NCBI RefSeq assembly: GCF_009914755.1
Contig: NC_060947.1
Strand: one strand, 5' to 3'
From: the human T2T-CHM13v2.0 reference genome, Homo sapiens
DNA: 64,000 nucleotides
Part shown: piece after piece, positions 25,012 to 37,895 of the stretch
Numbering within the stretch: position 1 is the stretch's first letter
Layout: the number at the start of each line of letters is the position of its first letter
The notes under the pieces: model-generated
Seen by the model: the letters and a program-made list of their open reading frames with translations, nothing else
What the model was told of the DNA's origin: nothing
Databases searched by the model: none
Translations under genes and position numbers: made by a program

Positions 25012-28005
25012 TACATAAAGCATCCTATTGTATGATTATATTTACATAAAAATTTAGAATTGGAAAATTCATAGAGACAGAAAGTAGACTGTCATCGCCA
25101 CAGTAGAAGGTAGAAAGTATTGGGGATTAATGTTAATGAGTAAAGATTTTTTGAGAGGGAGATTCAAACATTCTAGAATTATATAGGGTTAATGCTCACA
25201 AACTCTGTGAATAGACCAAATTATCACTGAGCTTTATACTTTTTTTTTTCCTGTTTCCACTTTTTTTATATTTTCAGTTTACTTTTAAGTTCTGGGAGGC
25301 ATGTGCAGAACGTGCAGATTTGTTACATAGGTAGACATGTGCCATGGTGGTTTGCTGCACCTATCAACCTGTCATCTAGGTTTTTAGTCCCGCATGCATC
25401 AGGTATTTGTCCTAATGCTCTCCCTCCCCTTTCCCTCAACCCCCTAACAGGCCCTGGTGTGTGATGATCCCCTCCCTGTGTCCATGTGTTCTCATTGTTC
25501 AACTCCCACTTGTGAGTGAGAACATGCAGTGTTTAGTTTTCTGTTCCTACATTACTTTGCAGAGAATGATGGTTTCCGGCTTCATCCATGTCCATGCAAA
25601 GGACATAAACTCATTATTTTTTATGGCTGCATAGTATTCCATGGTGTATATGTGCCACATTTTCTTTATCCAGTCTATCATTGATGGGAAGTTAGGTTGG
25701 TTCCAGTCTTTGCTATTGTAAATAGTGCTGCAATAAACATACATGTGCATATGTCTTTATAGTAGAATGATTTATAATCTTTTGGGTACATACTCAGCAA
25801 CGGGATTGCTGGATCAAATGGAATTTCTGGTTCTAGATCCTTGAGGAATTGCCATACTGTCTTCCACGATGGGTGAACTAATTTACACTCCCACCAACAC
25901 TATAAAAGCATTTATATTTCTCCACAGCCTCACCAGCATGTGTTATTTCCAGACTTTTTAATAATCACCATTCTAACTGACATGAGATGGTATCTCATTG
26001 TGGTTTTGATTTGAATTTCTCTAATGACCTGTGATGATGAGCTTTTCTTCATATGTTTTTTGGCCACATAAATGTCTTCTCTCATGAAGTGTCTTTTCAT
26101 ATTTTTCGCCCACTTTTTGAGGAAGTTGTTTTTTTTTCCCTGTAAATTTTAAATTTGTCTAAGCTCCTTGTAGATTCTGGATATTAGACATTTGTCAGAT
26201 GGGTAGGTTGCAAAAGTTTTCTCCCATTCTGTAGGTTGCCTGTTCACTCTGATGGTAGTTTCTTTTGCTGTGCTCTTTAGTTTCATTAGATCCCATTTGT
26301 CAATTTTGGCTTTTGTTGCAGTTACTTTTGTTTTTTTAGTCATGAAGTCTTTGCCTATGCCTGTGTCCTGAATTGTATTCTCTAGGTTTTCTTCTAGGGT
26401 TTTTATTGTTTTGGGTTTTACATTTAAGTCTTTAATCCACCTTGAGTTAATTTTTGTTTAAGGTGTGAGGAAGGGGTCCAAATTCAGTTTTCTGCATATG
26501 GCTAGCCAGTTTTCCCAACACCATTTATTAAATAGGAAACCCTTTCCCCATTGCTTTTTTTGTCAGGTTTGTCTTAGATCAGATTGTTGTAGATATGTGG
26601 TGTTATTTCTGAGGTCTCTGTGATGTTCCATTGGTCTATATATCTGTTTCGGTAGCAGTACCATGCTGTTTTGGTTACTGTAGTGTTGTAGTATAGTTTG
26701 AAGTCAGGTAGCATGATGCCCCCAGCTTTGTTCTTTTTGCTTAGGATTGTCTTGGCTATATGCGCTTTTTTGGGTTTCATATGAAATGTAAAGTAGTTTT
26801 TTCTAATACTGTGAAGAAAGTCAATGGTAGATTGATGGGAATAGCATTAAATCTATAAATTACTTTGGGCAGTATGGCCATTTTCATGATACTGATTCTT
26901 CCTATCCACGAGCATAGAATTTTTTTCTATTTGTTTGTATCCTCTCTCATTTCCTTGAGCAGTGGTTTGTAGTTCTCCTTGAAGAGGTCCTTCTCGTCCC
27001 TTGTAAGTTGTATTCCTAGGTATTATATTCTCTTTGTAGCAATTGTGAATGGGAGTTCACTCATAATTTGGCTCTCTGCTTGTCTATTGTTGGTGTATAG
27101 AAATGCTTGTGATTTTTGCACATTGATTTTGTATCCTGAGACTTTGCTGAAGTTGCTTATCAGCTTAAGGAGTTTTTGGGCTAAGACAATGGAGTTTTCT
27201 AAATACACAATCATGTCCTCTGCAAACAGAGCAATTTGACTTCCTCTCTTCCTATTTTAATACCCTTTATTTCTTTTTCTTGCCTGATTGCCCTGATGAG
27301 AACTTTTAACACTGTGGTGAATAGGAGTGGTGAGAGAGAGTATCCTTGTGTTGTGCCAGTTTTCCAAGGGAAAGCTTCCAGCTTTTGCCCATTCAGTATG
27401 ATACTGGCTAGGGGTTTGTCATACATAGCTCTTATTATTTTGAGATATGTTTCATTAATACCTAGTTTATTGAGAGTTTTTAGCATGAAGGGATGTTAAA
27501 CTTTATAGAAGGCCTTTTCTGTATCTACTGAGATAATCATGTGGTTTTTGTCATTGGTTCTGGTTATGTGATGGATTACATTTATTGATTTGCATAAATT
27601 GACCAGTCTTGCATCCCAGGGATGAAGCCGACTTTATCGTGTTGAATAAGCTTTTTGATGTGCTTCTGGAGTCGAATCCCTGAATAGACCAATAACAAGT
27701 TCTGAAAGTGAGGCAGTAATTAATAGCCTACCAACCAAAAAAAAATCCCAGGAGCAGACGGATTCACAGCCAAATTCTACCAGAGGTACAAAGAAGAGCT
27801 ATTCCCATTCCTTCTGAAACTATTGCAAACAAAAGAAAAAGAGGAACTCCACCCTAATTCATTTTATGAGACCAGCATCATCCTGATACCAAAACCTGGC
27901 AGAGACACAAAAATTAAAGAAAATTTCAGGTCAATATTCCTGATGAACATTGATGAGTTTTAGACGTTTAAAATGTGATTTTTATGGCATGTGAATTATA
28001 TCACT
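25012..28005 (+). mobile_element. Old L1M (L1MB/MC-like) 3' UTR fragment (25012-25243 and 27954-28005), split by an L1PA8
   Basis: TATTGTATGATTATATTTACATAAAA...AAATTCATAGAGACAGAAAGTAGA...AACTCTGTGAATAGACC...CACTGA continues after the insertion as TTTAAAATGTGATTTTTATGGCATGTGAATTATATC. Confidence 0.7.
25244..27953 (-). mobile_element. L1PA8-like element with twin-priming inversion (minus 25244-27670, plus 27671-27953)
   Basis: 3' UTR GTGCCATGGTGGTTTGCTGCACCTATCAACCTGTCATCTAGG...GCATGCATCAGG; orientation flips at 27670/27671; degenerate TSD TGAGCTTTATACTTTT / TGAGTTTTAGACGTTT. Confidence 0.92.
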
Positions 28006-28339
28006 TTTTTTTTTTTGAATAGGCAAGTCCAGCTCCTGACAGAATTCTATGGAAATGACCTTCTGAAGAAGGGCCCCCAAGAAGAATAAAGTTGCTGTTT
28101 CATTAGGCCTACCTGTGTATCTAACAGGATGGGCCAATTTGGTAACTAGGTCTGCTCCCTATAAACTTACCTAATCATCCATAATCTATCTTGAATACTC
28201 CCAGATTTTACTGATTATAGTCAGAAAATATGTTGGTTACATTGGAACTGAAGTTTTATCTAACTTCAGATCTCAGATTTCACTGACCAGTAATCCACAT
28301 TAAAAAGTGGCTTCTCCTGCAATATGACTTTTCTACCCA

Positions 28340-28765
28340 TCTATTTATTCCTTTGTAAAATATTTATGGTGTATTTATCACTTTCTGCGGATACAATGAA
28401 AGAAAAAATCTGATCTCTGTGCTTTTGGAGTTTATAGCCATAAATGCTAAATGTAGTCATTGTATGTCATTTTCTGACAGATCTTGGAATTATGACTTGG
28501 CAGGAGAACGGTGCCTATTTCTGGCAGAGTAAAAGGATAGCTGTAATTGGTATACCCTTTTCACTTAGATGGGTTTATTTAAAATGCTCCCAAAAGAATT
28601 TATGAATCATGAAGTGAAATCAAAAATTTATGGATTTGAAATTTTGTTTAGAAGACAGGATTGAGGAAATATTTATTGACAGAATGTCGTGATTAAGCAA
28701 AGGGAGATACAAAGATGATATCTAGATTTTTGTTTGATCAAGAACATAAATGGTGATGTCACTCC
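28340..28765 (-). mobile_element. L2 fragments (degenerate)
   Basis: TTTATTCCTTTGTAAAATATTTA...GATACAATGAAAG...TCTCTGTGCTTTTGGAGTTTATAG, and GGAGATACAAAGATGATATCTAGATTTTTG...ATGGTGATGTCA. Confidence 0.5.
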
Positions 28766-28789
28766 TCTGTTGATCTTAACTTCATGATG

Positions 28790-28994
28790 TCTCTGATATA
28801 CATTCTATCCTCTCTATTCTTACCATCACTGCCCTAGTATAGGTCTTCAGCTTCCCCTTCATAAACTATTACAACAGTTTCCTGCATCCAGTATTGATTT
28901 CCTCTAATTCATATGCTATACTGCTGCCAAAGCTATCTTTATAAAACAGAAACTAAACTACGTCACTCTTTTTTCAGAAAAATTTCAATGCTCC
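28790..28994 (+). mobile_element. L2 fragment
   Basis: CCATCACTGCCCTAGT...ACTATTACAACAGTTTCC...ACTGCTGCCAAAGCTATCTTTATAAAACAGAAACT...GTCACTC...TTTCAATG. Confidence 0.7.
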
Positions 28995-29381
28995 TGTATT
29001 AGTTTGTTTTCACGCTGCTATAAATATACTACCTGAGACTGGGTAATTTATAAACAAAAGAGGTTGAATTGTCTCACAGTTCCACATGGCTGTGGAGACC
29101 TCAGGGAGCTTTCAATCATGGGGGAAGGTGAAGGGGAGGCAAGCACCTTCTTCACAAGGTGGCAGGAGAGAGAGTGATAGTGCAGAGGAAACTGCCACTT
29201 TTAAACCATCAGATCTTGTGAGAACTCACTCATTTTCATAAGAACAGCGTGGGGAAAACTTCCCCCATGATCCTATCACCTCCCTCCCTGGACACATGGG
29301 CATTACAGGTCCCTCCCTAAACACTTGAGGATTACAATTGAAAATGAGATTTGGGTGGGGACACAGAAACAAACCATATCA
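28995..29381 (-). mobile_element. THE1D/MSTA-like MaLR solo LTR
   Basis: TGTATTAGTTTGTTTTCACGCTGCTATAAA...TGAGATTTGGGTGGGGACACAGAAACAAACCATATCA; perfect TSD GCTCC (28990-28994, 29382-29386). Confidence 0.95.
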
Positions 29382-29956
29382 GCTCCTATAATAACGTCCA
29401 ATGGTAACAAGAAAACATAATAGCCTGTCTAGAGCTACTGGGTTGCTGAGAAGACAGACCTACCATTTTCCTCAACTGGACAAAAAATGTACTTTCTCAA
29501 GACACTTGGCAAATGGAAATAAACATGATTGTCTATAAAGAATTGCAGCTGCACTTACACGAATAGTTTTTGTTTATTTACTCCCAAACTTCTCATAAAT
29601 AGCATAGAAGAATAAGGCAAGGTATACTTCTAGGTAATGGTGATGAGTTTCACCATTATTTATGCTAATTGAGCAGAAATGCATACATCCATTTATGATA
29701 CGTTCTCCTTTCTCCTCTGCTTTTCACAGAGACTCTTACAATTATTGGTTCACCAGAGTGACTAACTTCCTTTTTCATAATACGCTATGGCTATCATGAC
29801 CAAGATATTAGCCAAGTAAGAGAATAAATATTAAGATTCTAACGTAGCTGATTGGATCAGGGCCTCACCTACCTAGGGAAGTCCAGAGTGGGAAGAGCAA
29901 GAGGAATGAGAAAGCTAACACAATTTAGGGAAACTAGAGTCAAACACTGAAGAGAC

Positions 29957-30341
29957 TGATATGGTTTGGATTTGTGTCCCTGCTCAAATCTCATGTGGAA
30001 TTGTAATCCTCGATGTTGGAGAAGGGGCCTGGTGGAAATGTGACTGGATCATGGAGGCAGATTTTCTCCTTGCTGTTCTTGTGATAGTGAGTGAGTTCTC
30101 ATGAGATGTGGTTGTCTAAAAGTGCATGGCACTTCACCCTGTTCTCTGTTTTCCTCCTGCTCTGGCCATATAGGATGTGCCAGCTTCCCCTTTGCCTTCC
30201 ACTATGATTGAAAGTTTCCTGAGGCCTTCCCAGCCATGCTACCTGTACAGCCTGTGGAACCATGAGCCAATTAAGCCTCTTTTATTTATAAATTACCCAG
30301 TCTCAGGTATTTTTATAGCATTGTGAGAATGGACTAATATA
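29957..30341 (+). mobile_element. MSTA-like MaLR solo LTR
   Basis: TGATATGGTTTGGATTTGTGTCCC...AAATTACCCAGTCTCAGGTAT...GAATGGACTAATATA; TSD GAGAC/AAGAC. Confidence 0.94.
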
Positions 30342-30599
30342 AAGACCAAAAGCAAAAGACAGTAGTAAATAATTTTAAAGATGGGATTAATGCTGGGATG
30401 AGGACCTGCAAATTTAGTAAGCTAGGTATATGTATTTTTTTCTCATTATGTTTTCAGTGATACACTATTTAGCTATAATTAAGACACAAATAATATTTCA
30501 CTTTATAAATAAAGCTGTAATTTGCAAAAGTATATATTCTATATACAAACAGATATACTGCATATAGGCACATAATAGTGTATGTGATTTTAAACTTTT

Positions 30600-30751
30600 A
30601 AAGAGCAAATCTACATGTATAGTTTTATTACTCAGGCTACACGCCAAGTATTAATAGTGAATATGTCTGGAGAATAAGATTTGAGAAAAGAAGGTTTACA
30701 TTTTCTCTTTTATACATTGTCTGTTTCTATTTGCCATAAATATACGCTATT
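30600..30751 (+). mobile_element. Possible L1ME 3'-end remnant
   Basis: CACGCCAAGTATTAATAGTGAATATGTCTGG...TTTACATTTTCTCTTTTATACATT. Confidence 0.4.
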
Positions 30752-32628
30752 ATTTTATTTAACTTTTAAATTCAGGGGTACATGTGCAGGTTCGTTAGAT
30801 AGGTAAACTTGTGTCATGGGGGATTGTTGTACAGATTATTTTGTCACTGATGTATTAAGCCTGGTTCCCATTAGTTATTTTTCCTAATCTTCCCGCTTCT
30901 CCCACCCTCCACCCTCTGATAGGCCCCAGTGTGTTGTTTCCCTCTATGTGTCCATGTGTTCTCATTATCTAGCTCCCACTTATAAGTGAGAACATGCAGT
31001 ATTTGGTGTTCTCTTCCTTTGTTAGTTAGCTAAGAATAATGGCCTCCAGCTCCATCCATGTTCCTGCAAATAATATAATCTCCTTTTATATGGCTGTATA
31101 GTAATCCATGGTGTATATGTACCACATTTTCTTTATCCAGTTTATCATTAATGCATATTTAGGTTGATTCCATGTCTTTGCTGTTGTGAATACTGTTGCA
31201 ATGAGCATACACATGCATGTGTTTCTATAATAGAACAATTTATATTCTTTTGGGTATATACCCAGTAATGGGATTACTGGGTCGAATGATATTTCTCTTT
31301 TTAGGTCTTTGAGGAACTGCCACACTGTCTTTCACAATGGGTGAACTAATTTACACTTCCACAAACAGTGTATAAGTGTCCCTTTTTCTCTACAACATCA
31401 CCAGCATCTGTTATTTTTGGCTTTTTATTAATAGCCATTAGTGTGAGATGGATCATCTCAAAAGCTTCTCAAACTGATGAACAACCTCAGCAAAGTCTCA
31501 GAATCCAAAATCAATGTGCAAAAGTTACTGATATTCCTATGCAACAACAGTTAAGCTGAAAGCCAAATCAGAAAGGCAATCCCTTTCACAATTTCCACAA
31601 AAAAAAAAAACAAAATACTTAGGAATACAGCTAACCGGGATTTGAAAGATACTTACAAGAAGAACTACAAAATACTGCTCAAATAAATCAGAGATGACAA
31701 AAACAAATGGAAAAACATTACATACTCATGGATAAGAAGAATCAATATTGTTAAAATTGCCATACTGCTCAAAGTGTTTTAATAGATTCAATGCTATTCC
31801 CATTAAACCACCATTGACACTATTCACAGAACTAGAAGAAGCTATTTTAAAATTCATATGAAACCAAAAAAGAGTCCGAATATCCTAAGCAATCCTAAGC
31901 AAAAAGTACCAAGCTGGAGGCATCACGGTACCTAACTTCAAACTATACTGCAGGGCTACAGTAACGAAAATAGCATGGTACTGGCACAAAAGCAGACACC
32001 TAGACCAATGGAACAAAACAGAGAACCCAGAAATAAAGCCACGCAGCTATAACTATATGATCTTTGACAAACCTGACAAAAGCAAACAATGGGGAATATA
32101 TTCCCTATTCAATAAATGGTGCTGGGATAACTGGCTAGCCATATACAGAAGATAGAACTGGAGACCTTCCTTACACCATATACAAAAATTAACTCAAGAT
32201 AGATTAAATACATAAATATGAAATCCAAATTTATGAAAACTCTGGATGACAACCGAGGCAATATCATTCTAGACATAGAAATAAGCAAAGATTTCATGAT
32301 GAAGATGCCAAAAGCAATTACAAGAAAAGCAACAATTGACAAATGGAATATAATAAAACTAAAGAGCTTCTGCATAGCAAAGGAAACTGTCAACAGAGTG
32401 ACCAAGCAACCTATAGAATCAGATAAAATTTTTGCAAACTATTCATCTGGCAAAGGTCTCATATCCAGCATCTATAAGGAACATAAGCAAGTTTACAAGA
32501 AAAAAAAATAACCATAAAAAAGTGGGCAAAGGACATAAACAGACACATTTCAGAAGAAGACACACATGCAGCCAACAATCATATAAGAGAAAGCTCAACA
32601 TCATCGATCATTAGAAAAATGCAAATCA
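30752..32628 (-). mobile_element. L1PA11-13-like element with twin-priming inversion (minus 30752-~31451, plus ~31452-32628)
   Basis: 3' UTR AACTTTTAAATTCAGGGGTACATGTGCAGG...GGTAAACTTGTGTCATGGGG; the plus segment ends at GCAAATCAA, just upstream of where the minus segment starts; candidate TSD ATACGCTATT / ATACATTATT. Confidence 0.88.
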
Positions 32629-32836
32629 ATACATTATTTTTAATGTAAGTACATTATCATAATAAATATAAATATTTCTACCCCTGAAATAAAGAAATTG
32701 TTTTTGAATAAGGAGTAGATTCTAAGCAAATACTGGGTGATTAATATACTATATTTATCCATGGCATTTCATGCCTCCCCTGGAAATGAGAGAAGTTAAT
32801 ATATATGTTTAATGACTTTTTATTATTTTTAGTATA

Positions 32837-32960
32837 TTTGTAAAAAGTTACATTATCTGCTCTCATCCCAATCTTGGAACTAGACATTAACTCACTTTTG
32901 TGAAAAAATTACATTATCTGCTCTCATTACAATCTTGGAACAAGACATTAACTCACTTTG
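32837..32960. repeat. ~60-bp tandem duplication in unique sequence
   Basis: TTTGTAAAAAGTTACATTATCTGCTCTCATCCCAATCTTGGAACTAGACATTAACTCACT repeated with a few mismatches. Confidence 0.93.
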
Positions 32961-35900
32961 GATCATTGATCAAATTAAACACACACAGTCAATCACTAGT
33001 TTAGCTTATATATTACAAAAGAGGACTGAATCCTAATATAAACACATTTAATTATGTCTATTAGGGAGCAGTTTGGAGGGGGGAGGGAATGAGTCTTTTC
33101 ATCAAGGAAAAACTCAGACTTTACTTAATGTTTAAATCTGAATTGTGAGTGGTTTCAGAAAGTGTTCTAGTTTAAATAAATCCAGAATCTTCGAACTTTC
33201 CTGATTTAGTAAAGTAGGGGCTAAGAAACAACTTGAGCAATCAGTTGCTGCTTATTATTATTTTTTATTTGCGATTTAACTGTAGATGACAACAGTGGAA
33301 TTAGACTGTGCTGCAATATCTTAGGGAATGCTACCATCTTATGGTCAAGAGTGGAAAGTCCAGCAAAAACAAATGCTTTGAGAACAATCTAGGTGGAAGG
33401 AAAGATAATTCAATTTTTAAGAAGGTGGTACAGCATATAAGAGACATCAGTTCAAACTGAAGTGTACCAATTTGGCAAGCTTCAAGGGAAAATGAAGTAG
33501 ATACAAATATGTAAAAAATATGCTTACATACAAATTAAGAATGGGTCACAGCTACTCAATGACCTATTAAGTAGGCAACAGATGTTCATTTATAACTTCA
33601 TGACTCAGAGCCTGCTCAAAGTGGATGTTCCTCAGATGGCTACTGACTTACTTATGAACTCTTATTTTATTTTAATTTATTATTTTATTCATGTTTTAAT
33701 TTTTACAATTTTTTTCTTTCAACTTGTATTATAAGTTCAGGGGATATATGTGCAAGTATGTTACATGGGTCAATTGCTTGTCCCTGGGGTTTGGTGTTAA
33801 AATGATTTCATCACCCAGTAATGAACATGGTAGTCAATATGAAGTTTCTTGACCCACACCCTTTGCCAACTCTTGACCCTCAAGTAGGCCATGGTGTCTA
33901 TTGTTCCTCTCTTTGTCTCCATGTGTACTCAATATTTAGCTCACACTTACAAGTGAGCGTGCAGTATTTGGTTTTCTGTTCCTGCATAAATTTGCTTAAG
34001 ATAATGGCCTTCAGCTCCATGTTTGAGAAAGGAACATGATTTCATTCCGTTTTATGGCTCTGTAGCATTCCATGGTGTATGTATACCACATATCATTTAT
34101 CCAGTATACCATTGGTGGGCAAACTAGGTTGAATCCATGTCTTCACTATTGTGAATACTGGTGTGAATACTATTGTTAATGGAACATATGAGTGCATATA
34201 CCTTTTGGGTAGAATGACTTATATTCCTTTGGGTATATACCAAATAAAGAGAATGCTGGATTAAATGGTAATTCTGTTTTAAGGTTTTTTTTGTTTGTTT
34301 GTTTTTCTTTCTTTCTTTTTTTTTTTTTTTTAAATCTCCAAGCTGCTTTCTATAGTGGCTAAACTAATTTGCCTTCCCACTAATAGTGTATAAGTGCTCC
34401 TTTTTCTCTACAGCCTCACAAACATCTGTTATTTTTTTGACCCTTCAGTATTAGCCATTCTAATTGATGTGAGATGATACCTCATTGCAGTTTTTATTTC
34501 CATCTCTTTAACGATTAGTGATGTTGTACATTTTTTCATATACTTGTTGACTGTGTAAGTCTTCCTTTGAGAATTATCTGTTCATATCCTTTGCTCATTT
34601 TTAATGCAGTTGTTTTTTGCTTGAAGTTTTGTTAAAGTTCCTTGTAAATTCTGGACATTAGGCTTTGTAAGATGCATGGTTTGCAAATATTTTATTTTAT
34701 TCTGAAGGTTGTCTGTGTACTTTGCTAATAATTTCTTCTTTTGTGCAGAACTTCTTTGGTTTAATTAGATCCCTCTTGTAAATGTTCCTTTCTGTTGGAA
34801 TTGCTTTTGGTGAATTGATCATGGAATCTTTACCAAGGCCTATGTTCACAATGATATTTCCTAGGTTTTCTTGTAGGGTTTTCAAAATTTTAGATCTTAC
34901 ATTTAGGTCTTTCATCAATTTTGAGTTTTTTTCTTTATAGTGAAAGGAAGGGATTCAGTTTCGATCTTCTGCTTATGGCTAGCTAGTTATTTCAGCACCA
35001 TTGACTGAATAGGGTTTCCTTCCTTATTGCTTCTTTTTGTCAGCTTACTAACAGATCACATGGTTGTAGGTGTGCAGCTTTGTTTACATGCTCTCTATTC
35101 TGATCGATTGGCCTATGTGTCTGTTTTTGTACCAGTACCATGCTGTTTGGTTACTGCAGCCTTCTACTTGTTTGAAGTCAGGCAGTGTAAAGCCTCTGCC
35201 TTTGTTCTTTTTGCTTGGGATTTCTTTGGCTATTTGGGCTCTTTTTTGAATTCATATGAATTGTAGAATAATTTTTCCCCATTCTGTAAATAATTACCTT
35301 GGCAGTTTACTAATAATACTATTGAATCTGTAAGTTGCTTTGGGAAATATAGGCATTTTAACAATGTTGATTCCTCCTATCCATGAGCATTGAATGTTTT
35401 CCATTTGTTTGTAAAATCTATTATTTTTTTCAGCAGTGTTTTGTAATTCTCATTGTTGTGATGTTTCACCTCCCTAATTAGCTGTATTCCTAGATATTTT
35501 ATTCTTTTTATGGCTATAGTGAATGAGATTGCATTCTGATTTGGCTCTCAGTTTAGACGTCATTGGTGTATACGAATTCTAGTGGTTTTCTGTAAACTGA
35601 TATTTTAGTGTAAAACTTTATGGAAGTTGTTTCTTAGTTCTAGGGGCCTTTGGATAGAGACTATGGGGTTTTCTAGGTATTTAATCATATTATCTGTGAA
35701 AATAGATAGTTTGGCTTTCATTGTGCCTATTTGAATGCGTTTTATTTATTTATTTTTTCTGTTACCAGATTGACTTGGCTGAAGACTTCCTGTACTATGT
35801 TGAATGGGAGTGGTGAGAATGAGAATTCTTGTCTTGTTCCAGTTCTCAAATAAAATGCTTCCAGTTTTTTCCCATTTATCTTGATGTTTACTGTGAGGTT

Positions 35901-37779
35901 TTCATAGATGACTCTTACTATGTTTAGGTGTGTTTCTTCAATGTCTAATTTGTTGAGGGTTTTTCACATGAAGGGATGTTGAATTTTATCAAAACCCTTT
36001 TTTGCATATATTGAGATGAACATGTGGTTTTGTTTTTTAGTTATGTTTAGGTGTTAAATCACATGTATTGATTGAACCAACCTCGCATTTAAGGAATATA
36101 AGCCTACTTGATCATGGTGTATTAGCTTTTTGTTGCCCTTCTGGATTCATGCTAGTAATTTGTTGAGGTTTTTGTGTCTATGTTCATCAAGAATGTTGGC
36201 CTGATGTTTTCCTTGTCATTGGGTCTCTGCCAGATTTTGGTATCAGGATGATGCAAGCCTCATAAAATGAGTTAGGGAGGACTAGCTTCTTGTCATTTTT
36301 TTTTTGAATAGTTGTAGTAGAATTGGTACTAGCTCTTCTTAATATGTCTTACAGAATTCATCTGTGAATCTGTCTGATCCAGGGCTTTTTCTGGTTGTTA
36401 AATATTTAATTACTGATTCAATTACAGAACTCATCATTGGTCTATTCAGAATTTTAATTTCTTCCTGGTTCAATATTAGGAGGTTGTATGCTTTTAGGAG
36501 TTTATCTATTTGTTCTAGGTTTTCTAGTTTGTGTGTATAGAGGTGTTTTTGATAGCCTCTAAGAGTTTTTTGTGTATCTGTGGGGTCAGCGAAATATGAC
36601 ATTTCTCATTTATGATCATGTTTACTTGGACTTTATTAATAAAGTGAGTTGTCTATTGATTTTATTTATTCTTTCAAATAAACAAACTTTGGTTTTGTTA
36701 ATTGTTGGTATGGATTTTCACATCTCAGTTTCATTCTATTAAGCTCTGATTCTGGTTATTTCTCCTCTTCTGCTACCTTTGGGTTTGGTTTGCTCTTCTT
36801 TCTCTACTTCCCACAGGTGTGCTGTTATGTTGATATTTTAACCTTTATTTTAGGTTCAGGTGTACATGTGCAGATTTGTTGTACAGATTATTCTATCACC
36901 CAGGTATTAAACCTAGTACCCTATAATTTTTTTCTGCTCATCTCTTTCCTCCTAACCTCCACCCTCAGATAAGTCTCAGTGTCTGTTTTTTGTTTTTGTT
37001 TTTGTTTTGCCTATTGGTGTCCATGAGTTTTCATTATTAAACTCTGACTTATAAGTGTGAACATGTGGTATTTGGTTTTCTGTTCCTGCATTAGTTTGCT
37101 AAGAATAATGGCAATCAGCTCCATCCATGTTTCTGCAAAGGACATGATCTCTTTTATGGTTGCATAGTATTCCATGGTATATATGTACCACATTTTCTTT
37201 AGCCAGTCTAAAATTGATGGACATTTAAGTTGATTCCATGTCTTTACTATTGTGAATAATGCTACAATAAACATATACACACATGTGTTTTCATAACAGA
37301 ATGATTTATATTCTTTGGGGTATATATCCAGTAATGGGATTGCTGGGTTGAATGGTAGTTCTGTTTTTAGTTCTTTGAGGAATCACCACACTGCTTTCCA
37401 CAATGGATGAACTAATTTACACTCCCAACAGTGTGTAAATGTTACTTTTATGTGCAACCTCATCAGGATCTCTTGTTTTTTAGCTTTTAAATATTAGCCA
37501 TTTTGACTGGTGTGAGATAGTATCTCATTGGAGTTTCAATTTGCATTTCTCTAATGATTAGTAATATTGATCTTTTTTATATGCTTGCTGGCCACAAGCA
37601 TGTCTTCCTTTGAAAATTTACTGTTCATGTTTTTTCTTCACCTTTTAATGGGGTAGCTTGTCTTTTTTTTTTTTTTTTTTTTTTTTTGTAAATTTAAGTT
37701 CCCTATAGATGCTGGATAACAGTCTTTTATCAGATGCACAGTTTGCAAATAGATTCTCCCATTGTGTAGGTGTCTGTTT

Positions 37780-37895
37780 ACTCTGTTAATAGTTTCTTTT
37801 GCTATGTAGAAGCTCTTAAGTTTAATTAGATCACATCACTCTGTTAATAGTTTCTTTTGCTGTATAGAAGCTCTTAAGTTTAATTAGATCACATC
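37780..37895. repeat. 58-bp tandem duplication inside L1 ORF2
   Basis: ACTCTGTTAATAGTTTCTTTTGCT(A/G)T(G/A)TAGAAGCTCTTAAGTTTAATTAGATCACATC x2. Confidence 0.95.

Noticed and set aside
28248-28269. Small inverted repeat CTGAAGTT...AACTTCAG
   Set aside because: An 8-bp stem is expected by chance in 64 kb
29281-29338. Internal ~28-bp duplication in the THE1-like LTR
   Set aside because: I recall this as a shared feature of a THE1D/MSTA variant rather than locus-specific; not verified
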